Shown: positions 14,354-26,178 of the stretch, piece by piece | How positions within the stretch are numbered: position 1 is the first letter of the stretch | Layout of the letters: each line of letters starts with the position of its first letter | DNA from: Schmidtea nova | Taxonomy: Eukaryota | Direction: 5' to 3' | Length of the DNA stretch: 64,000 nt | NCBI GenBank assembly: GCA_044892505.1 | Contig: CM097883.1 | Coordinates: forward strand, 289,540,001-289,604,000 | The notes under the pieces: model-generated | Seen by the model: only the letters and a program-made list of their open reading frames with translations | What the model was told of the DNA's origin: nothing | Database searches by the model: none | Position numbers and translations under genes: made by a program

Positions 14354-14371
14354 TGGTGAGCCCGACGTGAT
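14354..14371 (+). promoter_or_regulatory. Primer-binding site complementary to tRNA-Trp 3' end
   Basis: TGGTGAGCCCGACGTGAT; its reverse complement ATCACGTCGGGCTCACCA differs by one base from the conserved animal tRNA-Trp end ATCACGTCGGGGTCACCA; 3 nt after the LTR. Confidence 0.88.
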
Positions 14372-14891
14372 TGAAAGGTCGGTAAAAATTGTTATGATAT
14401 TAACCGACGTGAAAGAAAGGTCCGTGAGAGATTTGTGAAAATATTGAATAATTGAAAAATTGTTGCGAGATAAACCGACGCGATCTAAAGGTCGGTGAAG
14501 GATTGAATCAAAGAAAAAGGAGAGATAATTTGCTATAGAAAATTGAATTTGATAAAGAAAGAAAACGATAATAACTGAGTTAATTGAAAAGTCAGTGAGA
14601 AAATTGTTGAAAAGTAAAATCGAATAATTGTAAAAAGAAAAAAAATTGAAAAAGTAAAGAAAACGAGATTAATTGTTGCGATTAAAAAAAGTGCAAATAA
14701 ATTGTATCTGTTGAAATAAAAGAGTAAAAAGCTTGAACAGAAAAGAGAGAATTGATAAAATCCAATTGCCAATAATCAAGTCAAAATTAAAACAAGGTAA
14801 AATTAAAAGTAGTAATATTTTAAAATTTAGACGTGAAAAAGTTGTACAAAAGAAATCTTTTAATCTTCGAAATAAGAAACAAGTGGAAAAT

Positions 14892-16104
14892 ATGGCTAGT
14901 AATTCAAATAATAATGATCAAACACCCATGTCTACAACTCTCACAAACAATGGCAGTGATTTTGCAAGCTGTCAGAAATTGCCAGTAGAGCAATACGGAA
15001 GAGACCCAATTGATTTTGTTGATTTCATGACAGACTACTATATGTACGCCACAGCATACGGATGGAGCCAATCAATTATGGTACAAAGGTTACCGTTATA
15101 TTTGAAAGGTGCAGCAAGAGAAGCTTGGCAACAGATCGATAAAAGACTTATTGCAAATGATCGGACAACGCTAAAAGATGCATTGGCAGCCAAGTTAATC
15201 GGTGGCGATATCAAAAGAATAATGCGCCAAAAATTTTACAACCGAGTGCAAAAGTCAAATGAATCGGTAAGTGAGTTTGCTTATCATTTAACAACTCTTG
15301 CAGAAAAAGCCTTTGAAGCGAAACCAGAACAACCTGAAGTGACGAAACAAGTGAAAGAATTACTACAAGATCAATTTCTGTCAGGAGTTAAAAGAGAAGA
15401 TCAAAAAGCCCTGTGTTATGTAGATTTAAACAATTTCGATGAATTGATTAAAAAGGCCATGAAGATTGAATTGAATCTCAAAACCACACAACAGACAGTA
15501 GAATCCTTTTGCAATTGTCAATGAAACAGGAGATGAATCAGTAGCTCCAGTTAGAGAGAATCGTTTGCAAAAAATCAACAAGTTCATCACCAAAGTTCAG
15601 AGTGAAATTCGAGCCAAGAAAGTCGTCAAACAGCCCAAATGAAGAGAGAGAAAGACCAATTCAATGTAGTTATTGTAAAAGATTGGGACATCAAGTAAAT
15701 CAATGTTGGTTTAAAAACAGCACTCGAAGAAGCCCAAGTCCTGTTCAGTGTCATTATTGCCAACGAAAAGGGCACAGTAATAGTCAATGTTGGTTTAAAA
15801 ATAATTCGCAACGGGGTCAAAGAAAGATGTGGCCAGATTGGTTGAAAGACAATGTCGAAAAAACTTTCAAGAGAAAGGACAACAATGATCAAAGAGCTAG
15901 TAATAATATGCAGTGCTATAATTGTGAAAGGAAAGGTCATATTTCACGAAATTGCTTTGCAAGATCGAGATCTCCGTCAACATCACCATCACCACAGAGA
16001 GATAGAGTAAATCTCCAAGGACAAATTCAATGTCACTCATGCAGAGAGGTATAGACACATGGCTAGATCATGCCCAAAGAATAATGAAAAATTTCAAAGA
16101 CCTA
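14892..16104 (+). pseudogene. gag: Gag of element A: Ty3/gypsy capsid plus four CCHC zinc knuckles (frameshifted, interrupted)
   Basis: Capsid-like RLPLYLKGAAREAW...QKSNESVSEFAYHL; knuckles CSYCKRLGHQVNQC, CHYCQRKGHSNSQC, CYNCERKGHISRNC, CHSCREV/HMARSC. Confidence 0.88.
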
Positions 16105-17040
16105 TGTGGTGTACTCAAAGGTTTATGATCGTTATGTTTTTTTTATTGGCCTTTTTATTGGTATTTTCATCGTTAGTGTAGTCGTTGTGATCTTGGGTGG
16201 TGTATGGAGTGCGGTGGTCCCCCCCGGACGGTTGAAAACTGCGTTGACTTTGATTATTATTATTATTATTAACCCTATGATTATAATTAAAATTCAAAAA
16301 TTGAAAATTGAAAATTAAAAAAAATCAATGATCTAAGCAGCTATAAAATAAAATTTGAAAAATTATTACCAAGGAAGAAAAAGAATCAATCGAAAAAGAA
16401 GCTACTAAAATTAAGTCCTAAGATTAATTCCTAATAATTCCCTAATCTACAAAACCAAGGAAAATAAACCATTGTTATCCATAAACAGTATTATCCCGCT
16501 TGAAAATTGAACAAATACCAAAGATCTTTACGAAGAATAGTAACAAAAGAAATACTTTCTAGTCCACCATCCTCATTCGGACTGCATTTCGCCTACATAA
16601 ACCATTATTATTCATAAACCATTAATATCCATAAACAGTATTATCCCGCTTGAAAATCTAACAAATCCAAAAGATCTTTACAAAGAATAGAAATAAAAGA
16701 AACGATCTCTAGTCCACAATCCTAATTCGGACTGCACTTCGCCGCCATAAACAATTATTATCCAATAACAGTATTATCCCACACTCAAAAAAAAATCAAA
16801 GTAATAGTTCGTGGTTTTTTTCTTTATTGTTCAAATTTTAATAAAATTTGATAACTTGATTAATATTTCTGTTCATTCTATTGTTTTTTTTTTAATTTGT
16901 TATATTTAATTGTAGAACTATCACGCAAAATATATATATATCACGCACCCCAATTGTCCCCACAATTCATTTTTCTTTGGGAGACTCTTTTGGGCCCTTA
17001 CATATTTCCCTCACATAACATTTCTACCTAACAAGATATC

Positions 17041-17208
17041 AACAATAACCCCACAGAGCAAAAACCAAATTTTAACCGATATAATAACCCAAACAACAGC
17101 TACATACAAAATGAAAATTGGTGTTATTTTCACAATAGATTTGGAGACAAGGCGTACAAGTGCAATGCACCTTGTACTTTCAACAATAAAAAGCCGGAAA
17201 ACATATAA
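17041..17208 (+). pseudogene. gag: Gag C-terminal remnant with CHCC motif
   Basis: WCYFHNRFGDKAYKCNAPC = C-x2-H-x9-C-x3-C, typical of the CsRn1 lineage. Confidence 0.8.
17196..17202 (+). promoter_or_regulatory. Candidate -1 ribosomal frameshift site G GAA AAC
   Basis: Heptamer just before the gag stop; the pol frame is -1 and open from here to ATG 17217. Confidence 0.5.
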
Positions 17209-17216
17209 AGTCACCA

Positions 17217-20200
17217 ATGATCGCACCAACCATTGGTGACAGCCAAACATTCACGGTGCACAGCAACGGTATTAACTTTCTCGTTGATACCGGTTCAATA
17301 ATTTCCTTACTGCCGAACTACCTCTACAAAAACACAAAAACAGAAACCCCAAGTTTATGCGCAGCAAATGGCAGCCCTATCAAAACATTCGGAAAACAAA
17401 ACATCGACATTTCCGTCAATAATATAAAATACAAGTGGCATTTCACCATCGCAGAAGTGAAACAAGCCATATTAGGAGCCGATTTCCTCGCAAGATACAA
17501 CTTACTAGTCGATTGTAAAAATGGGAAAATTATATCAAACAATACAAATAACTCAACCACCAAAAGTAACCAATCAACAAAACAAACCAACTGCGACATT
17601 GGAGTGATAACAGCTCTACACGGTGAAATAAAAACGAATGAGCAGAAACTAAAATCAGAAAATAAGGACGGACATATTCCTAATGAAATCATGAAACTGA
17701 TACAAACAATGCCAAACATAACAAACAAACTACAAACAATTAGCGAAACTAAATGCATAACTGAACACGCAATAATAAGCAATGGAAATCCTGTGCATGC
17801 AAAAGTCAGACAGTTGGACAAAAATAAACTCGAAATAACAATGAAAATATTTGACGAATAATTAGAAAATCAAATCGTCAAACATTCTAATTCAAATTGG
17901 TCCTCAGCTCTCATGCTTAAAGAAAAAGCAAATGGTGAATGGCGTGCCTGTGGAGACTACAGAGCACTAAACAGCATCACAACACCTGACAAATATCCAA
18001 TTCCTATCATAAATGATATAATTAACCGATTCAACAAACCCAAACTCTTCAGCAAAATCGACTTGGAAAAAGCCTACCATCAAATTCCCGTCAGAGCGGA
18101 AGACATAAAGAAAACAGCGATCATCACACCTTTAGGCCTCTATGAATACAACAGAATGCCTTTTGGTTTAAAAAACGCTGCGGCAACGTTTCAACGTTTT
18201 ATGGACCAAATCCTGCGAAACCAACGAAATACAGTCGCTTACCTAGACGACATACTTATTGCGTCCACAACCAAATCGGAACACATCGAAAACATAAGAA
18301 ATGTGTTGGAAATACTCAACAAACACAAACTAAAAATTAATACAAAAAAATGCCAATTTTTAAAAACTGAAATACAATTCTTGGGTCACTTGCTGAACGA
18401 ATCGGGAACAAAAGCACTAGAGGACAAGATAAAAGCAATAAAAAACTATCCATTACCCAAAACAACAAAAGAACTAAGACGATTCCTGGGAATGATCAAC
18501 TTTTATCACAAATACATACCAAAATGTAGCGAAATGTTAGCCCCTCTCAACGAATTAAACAAAATAAAGAGAAATATTAAAATAAATTGGAACGAAAATC
18601 TAATAACAGCATTTGAACAAGCAAAGGAAAATCTGAAAAATGCAAGCATCCTAAGCTACCCTAATCAGGAATTACCATACATAGTCAACACAGACTGTTC
18701 AGGACTAGCAATGGGAGGAACTATATTCCAAGAGGAAAACAATGAAAAACGACCCATAGCATTCTTTTCAAAGAAATTGAAAACGCATCAAATGAGATAC
18801 TCTACTTTCGACAGGGAGTTATTAGCGTTACACGACACGATCAGACACTTTCAATACCTACTGGAAGGTAAAGAATTCGAGGTTTATACTGATCACAAAC
18901 CCCTAATAAATGCAATGAATATGAGAAATTCTTCACCAAGACAAATACGACAATTGAATTATATTTCACAATTCAATTGTAAAATTAAATACATAGCAGG
19001 ATCAGCTAATATAAGTGCAGACGCATTATCAAGAATCGAAACTGATATCAACGCACTAAACATACCACCAATCATAGAGTTAGAGAATCTAAAAACTTTA
19101 CAAAAACAAAACATAACAGAGTCTCCGAGGATGAACTCGCTCAGATTGGAAGAAATAGACGGAATCTGGTACGACACTTCAAACGACAACAATAAAAGAA
19201 TCATGGTACCGCCTGAATTCCGCAAACGGTACCTACAGAAATACCACAACCTTTACCACCCAGGAAACAAAGCCACATAAGAACTTTTGCATACCAAAGT
19301 AATCTGGCCTTACATGAGAAGGGACGTAAAAACTTTCGTTAGAAACTGCCCACAGTGTCAAAAGAACAAAATAACGAAAAAACAATTTAAAACAACTGTG
19401 GTACAATTTCCCAGTTCGGAACCTTTCGAAACAATATACATCGACATTGTCGGTCCACTACCACCCAATAACAAACACAAGTATTTGTTAACAATAATAG
19501 ATCGCAAAACAAACTGGTTTGAAGCCATACCCATAAAGGAAATATCCGCAGCAAAGATTTGCAACAAATTAGAATTAAATTGGTTCGCACGGTATGGTTG
19601 CCCAAAAACAATAATCAGCGATCAAGGTAGACAATTTGAATCCGACATTTTTAAAGGACTGTGTAATAAATACAACATTACGAAAAACAGAACAACAGCG
19701 TATAACCCCCAATCAAACGGAAAAGTGGAAAGATTACACCGATCTATAAAACAAGCAATCAGAACAAAAACGAACAATAACGATAACTGGTTGGAAAAAT
19801 TACCAGAAATTTTGATAGGATTGCGCAACAACCCTTCAAGCATCGAACAACAAAAGTCCTAGCCAATTGGTATTTGGACACAACACCAACCTGCCAAACT
19901 TAAAAGACGAAACAGAAAACAAAGTAGAGACAAACTACAAATTCAACGAACCACAAATGACCAAACTAAAAAACACCCTGAAAAACAAAAACAGTCAACA
20001 AACACAAAACCAAACCAGACTAATAATAGACAAAGTCTTAATAAAGAAACCTTTCACAAGTGGTTTCGAAACAAAATACGAAGGTCCATACAAATTACTA
20101 AATTTGTACAAAAACGTCGGCACAATCGTAAAAGACAACAAGTCAATTAAAATAAACATACGCCGATTAAAACCATTTTATGAAAACAAACTAACACCAT

Positions 20201-20352
20201 CCAACATTGACCACAACCAAAACCCTCCAGACAAAACCCCAACAAAACAAAAACACATCTCATTCAACTCCAAAAACTCAATAAAACTATTCGACAAGGA
20301 CACAATAATCACACCCCTATACAAAAAACGATATAGCGAATGCCTCAAATAA
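17217..20352 (+). pseudogene. pol: Pol polyprotein (protease, RT, RNase H, integrase) with two stops and one frameshift
   Basis: LVDTGS; KIDLEKAYHQ, MPFGLKNA, YLDD; TDCS/ELLA/YTDH; HHCC zinc finger, IDIVGP, SDQG, VERLH; TAA at 17859 and 19278, frameshift near 19860. Confidence 0.95.
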
Positions 20353-21521
20353 AAATACATAAACATACACAAGCAAACACAGGCACAACATAGCTAAATG
20401 TACAGTTTTTAGTCGTTTGTAAATATGTAAATTTTTGGTTAAAACGTTATAAACAACAAAACAAATACAAAAACAAAAAAAACAAAATAAAGCAAAACAA
20501 CAAAAATAAGTCGTCAACATTGTTAATCTGTAAATTTTTCGGTATGTTTGTTAACCTCCGGTTTTAAAGGGGGAAGTTGTGTGGTGTACTCAAAGGTTTA
20601 TGATCGTTATGTTTTTTTTTATTGGCCTTTTTATTGGTATTTTCATCGTTAGTGTAGTCGTTGTGATCTTGGGTGGTGTATGGAGTGCGGTGGTCCCCCC
20701 GGACGGTTGAAAACTGCGTTGACTTTGATTATTATTATTATTATTAACCCTATGATTATAATTAAAATTCAAAAATTGAAAATTGAAAATTAAAAAAAAT
20801 CAATGATCTAAGCAGCTATAAAATAAAATTTGAAAAATTATTACCAAGGAAGAAAAAGAATCAATCGAAAAAGAAGCTACTAAAATTAAGCCCTAAGATT
20901 AATTCCTAATAATTCCCTAATCTACAAAACCAAGGAAAATAAACCATTGTTATCCATAAACAGTATTATCCCGCTTGAAAATCGAACAAATACCAAAGAT
21001 CTTTACGAAGAATAGTAACAAAAGAAATACTTTCTAGTCCACCATCCTCATTCGGACTGCATTTCGCCTACATAAACCATTATTATTCATAAACCATTAA
21101 TATCCATAAACAGTATTATCCCGCTTGAAAATCTAACAAATCCAAAAGATCTTTACAAAGAATAGAAATAAAAGAAACGATCTCTAGTCCACAATCCTAA
21201 TTCGGACTGCACTTCGCCGCCATAAACAATTATTATCCAATAACAGTATTATCCCACACTCAAAAAAAATCAAAGTAATAGTTCGTGGTTTTTTTCTTTA
21301 TTGTTCAAATTTTAATAAAATTTGATAACTTGATTAATAGTTCTGTTCATTCTATTGTTTTTTTTTAATTTGTTATATTTAATTGTAGAACTATCACGCA
21401 AAATATATATATATCACGCACCCCAATTGTCCCCACAATTCATTTTTCTTTGGGAGACTCTTTTGGGCCCTTACATATTTCCCTCACATAACATTTCTAC
21501 CTAACAAGATATCAATAATAA

Positions 21522-23335
21522 CCTATATTAAAGAAAATCAGATTTCAAAATGATAAATCAAAATTTGATAATGTGGCTTTTGTACAACCCGATGATGTTA
21601 ATGAAAGAATTGAAAAAGAGATAAAGCAAATGAGTAAACGATTGGATCAATTAATGTGTAAATTTGAATCAGTCGAAGAAACTGATAATCATATGATGTA
21701 TGAATCGCAATCAGAAGGGTCAGAGACAGATATAATGAAGGAAGTAGTAAATGATGAATTAGAAACAGAAAAAATAAAAATGATTTTGTCGAGAACAAAA
21801 ATTTTAATGGAGTCAAAAGTAAAAGAAACGTCAAAAATAATGACAATGCTAAAGAAATTGAGTCAAATGCCGATGAGTATACAAAAATTAAAAAGTGTAA
21901 TTGAAATGTGTGCTGATTATCATAATGAGAATTCAAAAAATAAAACTGAAACTGAGAATATAATGAAAATATTTGGAAAATTGTTCAGAGAGAAAACATG
22001 GTTAGATTTTATTGTTATTGATGTCGTAGATGAAAGTAATAATGATGTGATGTGTATTCGTTGTGAAATAGAAGAGTGCGTAAAGGAATTTAAAAAGAGA
22101 TTAGAGGAGAATAGCGGAAAATGGATAAAGGAAGTAAAATTTAAAAATAGATGTTTAAATGATGAGGAAATATTAATAGATTGTGGTCTTATACCTGAGA
22201 ATAAAAATAAAGTACAGATAATATTTATGACTAAAAATAATGAAGTAATAAAAGAAGATTCACAGAAAATTTGTAGGGAATTAAAGGATATTTTGTATAG
22301 AGGGGAATCAAAGGAAGTTATTAGAAAATTAAAATTGATAGAAGAAGTTGAAATTGAGAGAGATAGTAAACTACATAAATGAAAAATCAAAATATAGAGA
22401 AAATTTAAGAAATTTAGTACGACGATTAGGCAAAGAACTTAGAAAAACTACAATCGAATTGAATCCGTTTACAATAGCATTAGATTATGAAGATTATAGT
22501 AAAACTGAATATATATTAGAGCATTGGTGCACAAAGGTTCGGAAATTAAGAAAAAGAGCTGCTGAAAGAATAGGAAAAGATGGAATTATTATATTTATGT
22601 CTGAAGGAGAAGAATTAGACGATGATGAATATTTATTTGACTTAGGATTTGTACCACAAGAGTTAAATGAAAATGGATATTTACATTCCGATAGCGGAAA
22701 TGGATATTTGATAAATTGTGTAACAGTGATTAAAGAACAGAAATTTGAATTAATAGACAAATCTGATGGATCAAATACAGACAGAGAAAATGATGATGAA
22801 AATGAGATTAAAGAAGATAAAAAAATAAGCGAAATGGTAAATGATAACGAGGAAACCAAGCATAATAACAAAGATGAGTATAAAGTAAGAAAAGTGCAAG
22901 AATTTGAGGAACTTAAAGGCAAAATGAATAATGAAATTAATACTATGAAGCCTAGAACTATATGAAATAAAGAAAGGTCTTGTGCGATTGGAACAAGAAG
23001 TAGATAAAACCAAAGCATTATTAAAGAGCTTGACTAAAGCAGTATACCCAATGTGTGAAATTGAGATAGATGAAAAATATGAATTGGGAGGAATAGTAAA
23101 TGAAGTGAGAAACAGACTCCCTAGTATCATGCAAAGATTTGGTAAAATTGAAAAATTTTGTGACAAAGATGTAATCGAGAAATTAATACAATCCCACGGC
23201 CAGTGGAAGTTATGCCGGAAAATTGAAACTAATTTAAAACTACGGTACAAAATAATAAAAAGGCCAGAACAGTTATCATTCATGCTAATAGATGCAAAAA
23301 AGTGCCAGTTATGGATGACAATAAATATCAGTTAA
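21522..23335 (+). pseudogene. Gag C-terminal extension of element A: repeated helical (TFIIS-N-like) and ubiquitin-like modules
   Basis: Removing element B joins ...RSCPKNNEKFQRP|ILKKIRFQNDKSKFDNVAFVQP in frame with ORF 21573; UBL-like segments ~22008-22226 and ~22465-22728; continuation through frameshifted ORFs 22348 and 22982. Confidence 0.65.
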
Positions 23336-24646
23336 GATTAAAAAAGAAAAAGTCGCAAGATGAAACAATCAGCAAGCAAAGGGGTTCAAAAAACTCCGCA
23401 TCATTGGGATATATCAATAAAGTATTACTGATTGCAACAGTAATGATAATAAATGTTTTGGGAACAAATTCAACTAAAATATTTCCAATGTATGCAATAA
23501 AAAGAGTTCCACTTTTAGAAAAAATTGATATATATGCAACATGAACCCAAATGGTATGGGTCTATCATTGTGAACCGAGAGACGAAATAAAAATAAATAA
23601 TTTATTAAATTATTTTGATCCACCAATAAAGTTGAATTTTAACAACAATATGTACGTTGTGCATGATTTAACAATGAACTACAAATATCCCTGGTTAATA
23701 ACACAACAACAATATCAGGAAAATAATACAAAAATACAACAGCAAATTGAAATGGAAATTTGGACAAAAAAATTAAATAATAAAGTATCAATAGAACCAA
23801 TAATAAAAGGTATCAATGTATATTGGGAACCCCAGGAATCCCAACAAGTGAAAATTATTTTCGAAAAGTACACGATCAATACGCTAAATCTCAAGAAACC
23901 TTATGTACGTTATGTTAATTTAGAATTGTTTAAAACATATAATCTCGTAATTCATTATTACGAAAAAAGCATTACGGGAAAATGGTACTGAAATTGATAA
24001 TCAATGGTTCTAGATTTATTCCACTCAACAATCGGTGACATTGGAGAATGAAACAAATCGAGTCATCTTTGAATATAAAAATCAGAAATTAAACGCATCT
24101 CGACAAGCGGAAGTTAATAAAAAAGTTGAAATTCATTATTCGGGCAATATTAACAAGTAACATTTCATATCAAATTTTAAATTTTCAAAGATTAAGATCT
24201 ATATCGAATTCAAAATTTGTGATGATGAAAATCAAATATTATCGATTTGCTTCTCATTCCAAACAATGGCAGATCACTCTTGTCAAAACAAAGTTGTTAG
24301 AGTTTCATGTAACATTACTGATATTCATGATTAAAAAAACAATTATCTTTATAAAAATATGACTAAAGAATTTCAAACGACAATTATTCCTACTCATATC
24401 TATGATGTGACAATTCTAAAAAACGTATCATCTTCATCTAATGACAATGCAAAAACATGTATCATTTTATCAACTATTGTTATTAGTGCAACACCATTTC
24501 TCATTGTAATTCTTCTCTCACTACTGATTTGCTTTAAAAGAATGAACAATCATGCAGTACGTCAATCCAAGACCGTGGATTGTCTACGAGGAAACGTTTG
24601 TATAGTGAGACATTTAATATTGCATGCAATTATAATAATTTATTAG
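23302..24646 (+). pseudogene. Type I membrane glycoprotein (env-position ORF), disrupted
   Basis: Hydrophobic signal-like KVLLIATVMIINVLG; beta-rich ectodomain with INVYWEP and several N-x-S/T sequons; TM CIILSTIVISATPFLIVILLSLLICF followed by KR; several stops and a frameshift. Confidence 0.6.
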
Positions 24647-24936
24647 TACGGTAATAGTATGAACTTTCTTTTATCCATATTTATGTGATTTATTGTAAAA
24701 TTTGCGCTTTCGATCGGAAACGGATTTGATTGGTTGAACAAAAATATTATTAAGAATATAAGGGAATACCTAAATTAATAAATTAGAATAAAATTGAAAA
24801 TCAAATAGGTAATTAATTTTATTAAATATTTATTATTTATACCGTTATCAGCCAGGATGGTATACTCAAAGTACTCCATCTTGGCGATAACGTCAAATTT
24901 TAAAATTAAACAAAATTTAAAATTATAAATATTTTA

Positions 24937-26178
24937 GTGATGGAACAGATTCAATGGATCCGAGATATTTATGATGCCCACCTCAAACTGCATCGAAACT
25001 ACATGGGACAAAGTCCATTTAAAATCAATGAAAATACAAAAATACCAAATTATTTAAGAATTGACGACAGAAGAATGAAAACAAGAATCCTGAGAGTAAG
25101 TAAAAATGGAGGAGCAAAGCTGATGGAAGATAGCAAAGTAGAAAATGAAGAGGAATTCACGTTACATGTGTTGAAAGAGAAAGTTGAAATGATAAATGAA
25201 AATCAGCAGATATGGTGGGAAATGCACAAAGGCTCATCGTGGAGAATGCGAGAGGAAGCATTAAAGAAGAAGCTTAGATCGGCGAAAAAAGACGCACTAA
25301 TCGCGCTGGAAACAAGATTCAGAAACAACAAAGAAGTTCCACAAATTGACTCAGAATTGCCATCATATTCTACATTACTGCCAATATCAGAAAATATGAT
25401 AAAGAGAAGATTATCTTTCATTAGAAAAGAATTAAACCAGGAAGAAATAATAAGCAAGATATTGTTTATTGACGCGGAATACGACACATCAGAAAGTGGA
25501 CAAATGGTGCCATTGTGAATTGCCATCATGAATTATTTCGGGAAAATAATTAAAAATATATACCTCACGCCGAGAGGAAAAATGCGACACTTCCAATCAC
25601 GAATACATGGCATCACGGAAATTGCTAGTAGGAACCAATGCGATCAATATTTGGAAATGAAGCAAATCCAGAATCTAACTGTTGGAAAAATATTAGTTGG
25701 CCATGATTTGCATGCGGAATTGCAGTATTTGAAAATCTGGACAATTCAATTGTTTGGCATTCGGGATTTGTCCACGGCAAAGGCACTTCAATTACAAGGA
25801 ATATCGAGAAAAGGCGAATTCTTCAAACTAAAAACTGTGGTCGAAGAAATGCTTGGAGAACAAATGCAAGTGCGCATCCATTCAGCCCTAGAGGATGTCA
25901 AAAACATTCGGAAAATATATCTGAAGATTGAAAATTCATGGATTGATGATATCCAAATTCCCAAAGCAACCCCATCAAAGAAGTATTTATTGGAGGAATA
26001 TCGAAGAGCTCATACCATAAACACAATGCCAACGACGAGCACGGCGATTAGGAAAACAGTTGTCCTTTCCGAAGGAATTGAGAAAATGGCAGAGCAAATC
26101 GATTTGACGGGATATGGAAATTTATTTGGAAATTGGGAAATTGAAGTTGGCAACAGAAAATTATCCCGAGGCAATTGA
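24937..26178 (+). pseudogene. DEDDh 3'-5' exonuclease (REX4/ISG20-like) with N-terminal extension, one in-frame TGA
   Basis: ExoI LFIDAEY (25471), SRIHGIT, ExoII ILVGHDLHAE, IRDLS, ExoIII HSALED (25879); ORFs 24937 and 25528 share a frame separated by TGA 25516-25518. Confidence 0.85.

Larger units (their letters stand above)
16105..21520 (+). mobile_element. Nested Ty3/gypsy element B (CsRn1-like), gag largely deleted
   Basis: ~940-bp direct repeats (16105-17047, 20580-21520) differing at only a handful of positions; TSD ACCTA (or CCTA); PPT AAAGGGGGAAG at 20566-20576; CHCC Gag tail; PR-RT-RH-IN order. Confidence 0.9.
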
